Source: Eledone cirrhosa (Eukaryota). Taken from it: a DNA stretch of 64,000 bases. This document shows positions 12,762 to 25,915 of the stretch, one piece after another. Location: the NCBI GenBank assembly GCA_964016885.1, contig OZ024741.1, positions 122,078,001 to 122,142,000 on the forward strand, in the 5' to 3' direction. The position numbers were made by a program, and so were the translations under genes. The notes below the pieces were generated by a model. It saw only the letters and a list, made by a program, of their open reading frames with translations. It did not search any database and was not told where the DNA came from. Numbering within the stretch: position 1 is the stretch's first letter; every line of letters starts with the position of its first letter.

Positions 12762-13000
12762 TAGAACTGTTTCATTCGGGAGAAATCATCTGGAAGCTCT
12801 GATGATTTCTCCCGAATGAAACATTTCTAGTCCTGTAGAAGTCATTTCTATATTAAATATCTATACTCTGCTATGTATTGAGTAACTTACTTAACCCCGA
12901 TTGAACCCGGGATAAACTTAGGTAGAACACTGGAAGGTAATATCCCTAGTGGTAGAGCACTCAGTCCATGGGACGAGTTTGGTAGAAGTAGTAACACAAC
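12762..13000 (+). mobile_element. 3' terminal HHR fragment of the Penelope family at 58255-61326, with a short inverted copy
   Basis: CTGATGA-tttctcccgaat-GAAA-ca(t)ttctagtcctg-TA-gaa at 12799-12840. Downstream sequence matches the reverse complement of 58260-58350. Confidence 0.75.
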
Positions 13001-13849
13001 ATATATATATACGTATAAATGCCTAAGATAAGCCGTATGTCAAGATGGTGCCCCAGCCACCCCACGAAGTGTTAAGCGTCTATGGCACAGTATGGTAGGT
13101 TTTATTAATCGTTGTATTAAATTAATCGCAACCATCCACATATTTTCTTCTCTAATATATAATCAACTATTCATCTGAAATATACAACTGTATGAATTGT
13201 ATTTTATGTGTCATATAGATTTGTTAGGTCTGACAACAAAACTATTCTCAGAGACTTATCTCAAATTCTCCTAATATTACAAAGTTACAAACGTATGCCC
13301 GTATGCAGACACGCACACACTGCGTGTGCATGCGTCTCTGTGGTAATAGTGTGTATGCGTATAGATATATGATTGCATGTATATATACATAAATGCTAAT
13401 GGTGACTGTTATGGTCAGTCCTATTATTGAATGAATGTAATTACGGCTTAAATGAAGACAACATACCATATAGTGGAAAAATTGAGCTACATATTGCGGT
13501 AAGATTACATAAAATATTTCTACATAAGTTTTTGAACTGTAAATATATTTATATGAACGATACATATATTTTAACATAGATTTTAACATATAAATACAGC
13601 GTTGTTATATTACATTCATAAAAAAATATACTAAGTAACGTTGCAAAGCGATTCACAAAAAAAAAAAAAAAAGAGCACGTTAAATATATACGTTTAAAAT
13701 ACAATTGTAGAATTAAAAACTAGCTGAAAGGAAATATTACCCAAGCTGTGAACGACTTTAATTATGTCAAAACTTTGTCGAAATTTTAAAGAAGATCATC
13801 GTGTATTTTGAAATATAGATGATAAATATTAGTGAATAGACGAACTCAT

Positions 13850-15290
13850 CATGGCAAAACGTATAAGTCTCCTTCGACCAAATCGCAACTACAACTATTG
13901 TATACACTGGAGCTATGATCTCAACAAAGATTTATATGAAGCATACACACAATCAGACCTCCAAAAGTTCGGTTTTATGCAGAGGCTAAAACTTTGTGTA
14001 ACTCCAAACACCCAGAATTCCCAAAACATTTAAATGAACAGGCAAAACGTATCATTAGATGTAAATTGATACATCTAACTGAACTGAGTGACCCCATTGA
14101 AGACAATTTGACAGACAGAGAGAATGGTCAGCTAAATCTAGCAACAAACAGCTCACCAACAACGTAGCCGAAATTCATCCCACTTCCACTGATGAACAGA
14201 GAGAATGGTCAGCTGAATCTAGCAGTAAACAGAACACCAACAACGTAGCTGAAATCCATAATTCTACTGTACAAACAGAACACTAAAATCTTGTGGACAC
14301 ATTACAAGTGATATGGGATGATATGGGATACACAGCCTTAATGTGAGTAACAGACCATACAACACCAGAATCAGTAAAGAACCCACTAAATTGGCATTGT
14401 AAGCAGTAAACGAAATAGCTGACAATTATCTGAAGGCTACACGACCCAAAGGTGTGGAAACGACATATGAATTGCTTTGTTATATGTTTCATTTATCACA
14501 TTGTTATCCTACGAAGTATCGCACAGATCATTGTAATTATAAAATACAACACAGAGAGTAACTTCACGCGACATCAGGAAGACGTAAGAAAAAAACTAGA
14601 GAGGCGATTTGGAGATACAAGATTTAAAACTCTAAACTCCAAACTACACCAGTTGAAACAACAACTCACAGCTGCAGTAGAAAGACTAAAATATAAGTCA
14701 ATAGCACATAAACGGCAAGTGCTAAATAGATTATTTGCCAGAAATCCTAAATCAGTTTATCGCAGCTTCAATGAGAAAAGCTTAATCTAGAACTGGTTGA
14801 GAGCTACTGGAGATCTGTATGGGAAACGAATGACGGATTTAGCAAACAAACTAAATGGCTAAAATAACTGGAACAAGAATACTGCCAGCATGTCCAGACA
14901 AAACAATATGACACAGATGAGTCAATATTGGAAACAACTCTGTAGAAAATGTCGAATAGGAAATCACCAGGCCCAGACCTCACAACAGGATACTGGCTGA
15001 AGAATTTCCCCTTCTATCGGCAAGATCTCATACGGCTGTTTAGAGAAATCATCAAAGGCACACAAGAACTGCCCCAATGGTTATCAACTGCCACTACTCT
15101 CCTCAAAATAGCCAGACAACCCTTGCTAAAAATTACCGTTCAATAGCCTGCCAGAACATCATGTATAAATTATACACTGGGTGCCTTAATCTCTTCTCAC
15201 AGGATCATTGTGCCACCAACAAAATTATAACACCTGAGCAAGCTGGTGGAAAGAAGGGGGTGTGGAGTTGCATAGATCAATTTCTTTTCT
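13850..15290 (+). mobile_element. Degenerate R4/Dong-like non-LTR retrotransposon, N-terminal and early RT part
   Basis: NRKSPGPDLTTGYWLKNF, KNYRSIACQNIMYKLYTG and IITPEQAGGKKG, with many stops and frameshifts. Confidence 0.75.
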
Positions 15291-15761
15291 TTTACAACCT
15301 TGCCACTAGGAAGATGGCCGGTCAAAAATGTACTCGAAATTAAGAGAAAGAGAAACATACATTCATACATACATATATACCTACATATACACATGCCAGG
15401 CATATACAAGTAGCAAATTACTAACATACTATCAAATTCATTACTTTTGTCGGTCGAATTGTCGGTCGAATAGACTATGAAGTATTTCTCAGGAGAAAAA
15501 AAGCAGAAATCAAGTATGTACTATATCATAAAAACCTGTAGCATGTCATAAAAATTGGTGAAAATAAGTATAATCATATAAATTTATTCAGGTTTGTAAC
15601 ACATATTACTCATCTTAGTTTCTGCTGCACTTTAGTTCTCACGAGAATCATGCAACGACATAGGTAGTTGTTTTGTTCGGCAGTAACTATATGTTCCATA
15701 AGTACCAGTGAGATTGCTCATGACATGTATACACACGCACACACACACACACGCACGCACA

Positions 15762-15824
<63 letters not shown>

Positions 15825-15839
15825 ACGCACACGCACACG

Positions 15840-15937
<98 letters not shown>

Positions 15938-16188
15938 TATATATTTTTATGCAAGTATGCACACGTAAAATTCTAATTTTATTATATATATCTATATATT
16001 TGTGTATATGTAATATATATTATATTTATAGATCGATGTACAGACGCACACACACTCATATATATATACATGACGGATTGTTAGTGTGAATACTGTCTCG
16101 GCATTTGCTTAGGTACTCTGTCATAGATCAAATCGTGGTCACTTTTGAATTTATATATACACTTTTGAATATATATATATATAGATAG

Positions 16189-16228
<40 letters not shown>

Positions 16229-16623
16229 ATAAAGAGAGAGAGAGAGGTGGGGGGGGGGGGTGCCGAGACCGGGGAGACCACTCACAATGGGAGTACTCAA
16301 TCCATGGGTAGATGCTGAGTGGATATAGAGCTATGTAAAATACTGACCGAGGCGCCAAGTTGTCTCGGCATGTGTCACAAGCCGAAACCACTTGGTGCTA
16401 CAATCGGGATTTACATATCTATCTATTTATTTACACACACGCACACACATATATATATATGTATACATATATATACATATTTATATACATACATCTATAT
16501 AAATATTAGTAGAAATACGTACATATATAACTCGTACGGATAATGGTTTTGGCTGCACTTCCCGACACCATTCGTTAACTTGGCCGCAACCAGAGCTACT
16601 TCGATTATGCTGTACTACCTTCT

Positions 16624-16700
<77 letters not shown>

Positions 16701-17242
16701 GGGCAAGCTAACGAATGCTGTCGGGAAGTGCAGCCAAAAGCACTCAATAAGGAATTTTACCTTAGAGTTATAACATTACGTTTAGACAGCTATGCAAATT
16801 GAAGCGACCGAAAAGCGAGCCGCTAGGACCAGAACAACGAAAAAACCGACTCAGGGAAAAGTTTGACTGTTACCTGGACCATCGTGGACATATTACATAA
16901 TATTATATAACATCTCCACTTGGTTTCTGTAAATCAACAAAATCCATTTGCAGGAGCCTGCAAGTTAATTGGGCTTTGGAAGATAGAACAGTGGAATTTA
17001 CTTCGTCAACAAGTTTTCGTCCTGCCTCCGCCGGTTGCAAGAACTAGTAGTAGTCACTGCTAGTAGTCACGTGGTTTCTCTGAAGGGAGGTAACCCCCAG
17101 TTTTGGCGGTCAAATTCAAAATTTGAACAAAGAATTAAATCCTTTACACAAACCGAATGAAAGCTCTCAGCTAGATGTTATTAGACAAACATAAACAATT
17201 AACCGATCAATAGAATTGTCTAATTAAATTAATATATATATA

Positions 17243-18758
<1,516 letters not shown>

Positions 18759-19540
18759 AAACGGAAAAAATGAAACGATATTTCATTTCCCACTCTTAGT
18801 ACGGCTGTTACTTAAATATAAGTATGTACACGTACATACATATATGTATACCGACGTACAGTAGTATGTATATATACATATACATACATGCACACATATA
18901 TACATGCACGTATGGATTCACCGAACATTTATTATAATGCTCGGTGTGTTTGTAAACAAACATCCCGTATTAAGCCGTAGTGTCTAGCAACCACCGTTGC
19001 TCGTTTGTTCAACACTGACAAAGGAACGCTGTACTAATTTCAAGCTTGTTAGCTATCGTCAGCAACGTATACCTTCCTGCCAGATTGTTGAACGTATATA
19101 CTTACCTTATGCATATTAACGGCTGAGTAGCCCAATTTGCATATCGAGTGGGTTAATCGGCCGGGTGCACCGAAAACGATAAACGGAAAAAATGAAACGA
19201 TATTTCATTTCCCACTCTTAATACGGCTGTTACTTAAATATAAGTATGTACACGTACATACATATATGTATACCGACGTACAGTAGTATGTATATATGAC
19301 GATAGCTAACAAGCTTGAAAATAGTACAGCGTTCCTTTGTCAGTGTTGAACAAACGAGCAACGGTGGTTGCTAGACACTACGGCTTAATACGGGATGTTT
19401 GTTTACAAATACACCGAGCATTATAATAAATGTTCGGTGAATCCATACGTGCATGTATATATGTGTGCATGTATGTATATGTATATATACATACTACTGT
19501 ACGTCGGTATACATATATGTATGTACGTGTACATACTTAT
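18759..19540. mobile_element. HHR repeat family B (~422-bp unit), head-to-head inverted copy in (TA)n
   Basis: Unit starts at 18759 and 19181. Minus-strand HHR at 19026-19068. The orientation switches at 19297, inside the plus-strand HHR core. Confidence 0.8.
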
Positions 19541-20294
19541 ATATATATATATATTTCTATATATATATATATATATTTCTATATATATATATATTTAATT
19601 GGTTATGCACGAGTGCATTAATGTTTTCCAGGACACAGTGTTATGTACCGTGTAGGGGAATGTCAGCTTACAACAGAGTGGTGCTCAACGAAATGCAGAA
19701 AATAGGTGTACATTCCAGTTTAGCTATATTCCGGGTCGTGTATAAAGAATTAAAAAGAACAGAAAGATGCAGTAAAAGAGATTTATTCGGTTCTAACGTA
19801 CGTTTCAATAGACATCAATTTGCCTAGATCTCGCTGCATCTATAATATTATATAGTTAGTAGAGCATTCGACATCCAATGCACAATCGATTCCATATCAT
19901 CAGAGATTATGTTTACCGCACCAGAATGTTCAGGTTTTTATAGGAATTCATGTGAAGTTGAAGTAGAGAAGAAGGATGATGTGACAAAGACGAGAGAGAT
20001 AGGGGGGTTTTTCATAGTTGTTGAGGTAAAACAGAGAGGAGGATAAAATATGATAATGAAGTCTAGATATGGACTAGTCCAACTGTGTGTGTGTGCTAGA
20101 GAGATGGTAGACGTTGATAGGTTTACGATCTATGATAGATGGAGGCAGGAGGGGAGATTAGGCCGAGTGACTTGTAAAGTATGTAGGAGGAGATGTTGAA
20201 TAGGGTAGATGTGGTTAATAGAAGGCATAGCAATAATCCATGGGGATAGATAGAGGAGGTAGAAGGAAGATAGAGGAAAGCAGAAGTCGCAGGA

Positions 20295-21630
20295 TCAAAT
20301 CAAGCCAGGTTTGTATTTGGAGAACGTAGCCTTGAGTCTGTGATTGCAATATAGAGTCCTTTCCGTTCTGTTGTTAAGAAGAGTATAATTCGATTTTAGT
20401 ATGTGAAATAGCTCCATATTGCATAATCGGCTGTAAGGCTGTCCTGCACGATATGCGGAAGCACTAGAGAGTTTTGTCCATTTCAAAGTGTATTGCAGAT
20501 TACTTTCGCGCAACTGCCAAATTGTATTGGCTAAGGTAGTTACGGAACGGTATTTGATGTTCTTCATCGAACTACGGTGTTGGTACCAACGAGATTTAAA
20601 AGTGGTAGAGGTACAGCCGATATAGTGACATCTTCGGTTATCCGATTCAACGGTGCATTGATACACCATATTGGATTCCATGCATTTGTTATTCAGAGGG
20701 CAACGATCAGGTAGGTTGCAGTTGCACTTATCAGCTCCTGTAGTATTATTATCTTGTACAGATTGCGTTAGGTTTATATGTGTGTCTGCTGCAGGAGGGT
20801 TTACATTCAGTGGTTGAGAGTTTGAGGAAGTGTTAATGTAGTTTGGGGTGCTTCGTGTGGATGTGCTGACTAATCGTTTGGAGTTAAGTTTTTTAATAAT
20901 TAGATCGAGATTGGGTGCTGTAGAATATGAAAGCTTAATAGACCTTAGATTTAGTATCTTAGCGTATCGATGTGTAGGAGGAAAATGTGTTTTGATTAAA
21001 TTGAAGAAAAGTGAGGAAATTTTAGGAGATGTTGAGGCATTGTATATTGGGTTGTACCAAAGGTAGTTACGATTCCGCTTTCTAGCTTGGTTGGGTTGTG
21101 TGCTTCTATTTCGACTATGCCTATGCGGAAAGTGTATGTTGTGTATCGTACCTATATTATTATTTATGCTGGTGCGTTGTGAGCCCTTATTTCTATATTG
21201 GTGTGCTGGATCTATGTACTCTATTTTGTCTTGGTACCCAGCCGCCTTAAGCGCGTTGTTATAGTAGTAAGCGTGCTCACTAAAGACCTGGGGGGTAGAT
21301 GACAGGCGTGATATTCTAAGGGAGATGGCCCGAGGGATAGACCGTATAACCGAGGGTGGATGATTAGATTTATGGTCAACATACATAATATATTCATTAG
21401 ATTTATGGAATGGGCGGATTTCCCCCGTCTCTAGATTAAATGTTACATCCAAGAAATTTATTTCAGTCAGGTTGTACTCAAAAGTAATGCTAAAACCTAG
21501 ACTGTTTAAAAATTCGCTAACTTGCTTACGTAATCTTTCTATTTTCTGGTTGTTTAGGTGTTTAGCTAAAAGGAGCGCATCGTCGCGGTAGATACCCCCT
21601 TGTAGATTGCGGAATTTTTTCTCTAGTGCT
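20295..21630 (-). CDS. Penelope RT C-terminus, linker and GIY-YIG endonuclease (5'-truncated, open frame)
   Basis: GGIYRDD, FLDVT, SNHPP, WYNP, KLSYS, CNC..CPL..C, VYQC..HYIGCT..FKSRW..H and a C-terminal LC..E..LLN..E..CNH. Confidence 0.88.
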
Positions 21631-22168
21631 TGAGCGATGAAGCTTGAGCCGATTATGCAATATGGAGCTATTTCACATACTAAAATCGAATTATACTCTT
21701 CTTAACAACAGAACGGAAAGGACTCTATATTGCAATCACAGACTCAAGGCTACGTTCTCCAAATACAAACCTGGCTTGATTTGATCCTGCGACTTCTGCT
21801 TTCCTCTATCTTCCTTCTACCTCCTCTATCTATCCCCATGGATTATTGCTATGCCTTCTATTAACCACATCTACCCTATTCAACATCTCCTCCTACATAC
21901 TTTACAAGTCACTTGGCCTAATCTCCCCTGCCTCCATCTATCATAGATCGTAAACCTATCAACGTCTACCATCTCTCTAGCACACACACACAGTTGGACT
22001 AGTCCATATCTAGACTTCATTATCATATTTTATCCTCCTCTCTGTTTTACCTCAACAACTATGAAAACCCCCCTATCTCTCTCGTCTTTGTCACATCCTC
22101 CTTCTTCTCTACTTCAACTTCACATGAATTCCTATAAAAACCTGAACATTCTGGTGCGGTAAACATAA

Positions 22169-22283
22169 TCTCTGATGATATGGGATCGATTGTGCATTGG
22201 ATGTCGAATGCTCTACTAACTATATAATATTATAGATGCAGCGAGATCTAGGCAAATTGATGTCTATTGAAACGTACGTTAGA
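22169..22283 (+). ncRNA. Hammerhead motif with a greatly extended stem II (mirror copy at 19792-19906, minus strand)
   Basis: tct-CTGATGA-t-atgg(g/a)atcgatt...aattgatgtctat-t-GAAA-CGTACG-TT-aga. Confidence 0.6.
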
Positions 22284-22338
22284 ACCGAATAAATCTCTTT
22301 TACTGCATATTTCTGTTCTTTTTAATTCTTTATATATA

Positions 22339-22377
<39 letters not shown>

Positions 22378-22392
22378 CTATATATATATATA

Positions 22393-22437
<45 letters not shown>

Positions 22438-22441
<4 letters not shown>

Positions 22442-23082
22442 ACGTACATACATATATGTATACAGACGTACAGTAGTATGTATATATATATATACATACA
22501 TGAACGTATGTATATATATACACACTACTGTACGTCTGTATACATATATGTATGTACGTATACATACATACATACTTACATTTAAGTAAGTGCCGTACTA
22601 AGAGTAAGAAATGAAATTTCGTTTCATTCTATTCCATTTATTGTTTTCGGTGTGCCCGGCCGACTGAACTCACTCGATATGCAAATTAGGCTGCTCAGCC
22701 GTTAATATGCATAAGTAAAGTATATAGTTTCAGACGTTCAACCATCTGCCAGGAAGGTATACGATGCTGACGATGGCTAATAAGCTTGAAACTAGTACAT
22801 CGTTCCTGTGTCAGTGTTGAACAAAAAGGTGACGTGGTTGCCTAAACACTGTACGGCGTAATTCGGGCTGTTTGTTTGTTTACAAACAAACAAACCGAGC
22901 ATTATAATAAATGTTCGGTAAACCGATACGTGCATGTATATATGTGTGCATGTATGTATATATATATATATATACATACTACTGTACGTCTGTATGCATA
23001 TATGTATGTGCGTATACATACATACTTACATTTAAGTAAGTGCCGTACTAAGAATGAGAAATGAAATTTAGTTTCATTCTAT
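22438..23082 (+). mobile_element. HHR repeat family B, ~1.3 plus units with a short inverted 5' piece
   Basis: Homologous to 10866-11379. (TA)n on both sides. Confidence 0.8.
22761..22803 (+). ncRNA. Minimal type I hammerhead (family B)
   Basis: acgatg-CTGACGA-tggctaataagctt-GAAA-CTAG-TA-catcgt, with a perfect stem I. Confidence 0.82.
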
Positions 23083-23085
23083 TTC

Positions 23086-23175
<90 letters not shown>

Positions 23176-23177
<2 letters not shown>

Positions 23178-23879
23178 CATTTTTTCTTTGGCCGAACCCA
23201 ATTTCCCCTTCGTGTTGCCTTTGCGATGTCCATAAACAAGTTGCAAGGTCAAACTCTGTCCGTCGCTGAAATTCACTTGGATGAACCTTGCTTTTCGCAC
23301 GGACAATTCTACGTTGCCTGCTCACGAGTTGGCAGTAGAGATAATCTCTTTGCGTTTGTTCCGAAAAGAAAAGCAAAGAATATCGTCTATCCTGAAGTGC
23401 TTTAGTGTTAACAAAAACACTTATTACAGCTTTGACTTGGCTTCACCTTACTCATTACAAAACATACCAATGAATATGTCATGCAGGATATTTTGGATTA
23501 TAAGATCAAAATTTAACCATACACAGCAAAGGATGCTCTCAAAGAATACATTTTCTCTTATTCTACTCTCATTGTTTTTTTTGTTTGTATACAACTCTGC
23601 TTTCATTACAACTTTTTGTACTTGAGCAAAACTGCCTGTTTTTTTTACAGATTTGCAACGTGTATTGTCTTTAATCATTTGTATAACTACATCCTGTTCA
23701 GTGTTTTCCTTCATTATCAGCATAGTTTTATGTGTACAAAATTGCACTAAATATTAGTTTGCATTAATTATTGAACACTTCTGCTTATTTTGACAGGTTG
23801 GGGACAAATAATTTTACTTCTTAGCTGTATATTCTTAGCATAATTTCAAATCCCGGGCAACGACGGGTAAATCTGCTAG
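23176..23879 (+). mobile_element. Helitron 3' fragment (Pif1-type helicase C-terminus and 3' terminus)
   Basis: 23193-23405 encodes RTQFPLRVAFAMSINKLQGQTL..PCFSHGQFYVACSRV..NIVYPEVL*. A hairpin (cccgggcaacgacggg) is followed by CTAG|T at 23876-23880. Confidence 0.9.
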
Positions 23880-24470
23880 TCTAATATCAAGGGATCCCTA
23901 GGACAGAGCCACGGAGAAACTAGAGATTTTAATTCCTAGTAGCTGTAATTTCATTTTCTCCTGGGGATCTCTTGATAATAGGTGGTACATACGAAATATT
24001 GCGACTTATAAATTACTAAGGTAACAATCAATTAGTCTTGTTTTATTTTCCCCCTTCTCTCACTCAATTTCCTTCCGACTTTGTTGCCTTGGTATTTCTC
24101 TCTTAGCACCATTGAAACGGCTATCCCCTTTTTCATATTCCCCAATGATTCAAGCAAAGTACAACACCCTCATAAATGTATTCATATATATTAACAAAAC
24201 AGCTGTCTTAAGAAGCATTGGGTGAAATTTGATAATTGATAAGTATGCGTCCCCACACATAGGACACTAATAATAGTGGATCACTATAAATATTTGAAAA
24301 AATCGGAAAAGTAGATTGAGGTACCTCTCGAGATGCGTGGTCCGATTTCTCCCACCCACTTTACATTACACGATATTCTCTACTACTATTTATAGTGATA
24401 GAGTATTATTATGGCAATTTTTATTGGAATATGTACACATCTATCTATCTCTCCCCCCTTCTCTCTCTCG

Positions 24471-24531
<61 letters not shown>

Positions 24532-25490
24532 CAAATAACGAAACGAAATTAAATTTTGTTTCGTTTGTAACTCACTTTTGTATGACTGACGCTTAAACAA
24601 TTAAGTTAAAAATGTACATCTACATATGCATACTGAAATACTAGTGTGCATATGAATACACACACGTATACATATGTAGATGTAACAAGTCTTTCACTGG
24701 TTACTTTACTGTGAGTAACCAAGCTATTCCGTATGTAAACACACACAGACAAACCGGTTTTTAGAGTCATACTGGTTTTCGAGGAAACACCTTTCCTCTA
24801 TTCTCCAGAAAGCCAGACAAGGAATATTGAACTAGTTTCGTTGTTGTTACAACTCATCAGCAATATTTACCTATCTACCGGCCTTTCTGGAGAATCGTAA
24901 AAGCACATATCGTTATATGCTTTTTCTATGAAAATTAGTAGTGGGCAGACTAATTTGCATAGAGTGTGAGTACGCACCGGTTCAGCGGAGACGATAAAAA
25001 CAAATAACGAAACGAAATTAAATTTTGTTTCGTTTGTAACTCACTTTTGTATGACTGACGCTTAAACAATTAAGTTAAAAATGTACATCTACATATGCAT
25101 ACTGAAATACTAGTGTGCATATGAATACACACACGTATACATATGTAGATGTAACAAGTCTTTCACTGGTTACTTTACTGTGAGTAACCAAGCTATTCCG
25201 TATGTAAACACACACAGACAAACCGGTTTTTAGAGTCATACTGGTTTTCGAGGAAACACCTTTCCTCTATTCTCCAGAAAGCCAGACAAGGAATATTGAA
25301 CTAGTTTCGTTGTTGTTACAACTCATCAGCAATATTTACCTATCTACCGGCCTTTCTGGAGAATCGTAAAAGCACATATCGTTATATGCTTTTTCTATGA
25401 AAATTAGTAGTGGGCAGACTAATTTGCATAGAGTGTGAGTACGCACCGGTTCAGCGGAGACGATTCTCCAGAAAGGCCGGTAGATAGGTA

Positions 25491-25535
25491 AATATTGCTG
25501 ATGAGTTGTAACAACAACGAAACTAGTTCAATATT
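25491..25535 (+). ncRNA. Minimal type I hammerhead (family A; representative of 13 plus and 2 minus copies)
   Basis: aatattg-CTGATGA-gttgt-aaca-acaac-GAAA-CTAG-TT-caatatt. Stem I is extended by ttctccagaaaggccgg / ctggctttctggagaa. Confidence 0.88.
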
Positions 25536-25854
25536 CCTTGTCTGGCTTTCTGGAGAATAGAGGAAAGGTGTTTCCTCGAAAACCAGTATGACTCTAAAAA
25601 CCGGTTTGTCTGTGTGTGTTTACATACGGAATAGCTTGGTTACTCACAGTAAAGTAACCAGTGAAAGACTTGTTACATCTACATATGTATACGTGTGTGT
25701 ATTCATATGCACACTAGTATTTCAGTATGCATATGTAGATGTACATTTTTAACTTAATTGTTTAAGCGTCAGTCATACAAAAGTGAGTTACAAACGAAAC
25801 AAAATTTAATTTCGTTTCGTTATTTGTTTTTATCGTCTCCGCTGAACCGGTGCG

Positions 25855-25915
25855 TACTCACACTCTATGCAAATTAGTCTGCCCACTACTAATTTTCATA
25901 GAAAAAGCATATAAC
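25855..25915 (+). promoter_or_regulatory. Candidate promoter block: octamer ATGCAAAT (25867-25874) and TATA-like TATAA (25910-25914), repeated in each unit
   Basis: actcacactctATGCAAATtagtctgccca is conserved with family B actcactcgatATGCAAATtaagctgctca (octamer at 11049). Confidence 0.4.

Larger units (their letters stand above)
19596..22333 (-). mobile_element. Naiad-like Penelope element, 5'-truncated, with ~690-bp inverted terminal duplication
   Basis: Arms 19741-20432 and 21647-22333 differ at only a few positions. Flanked by (TA)n. Confidence 0.9.
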
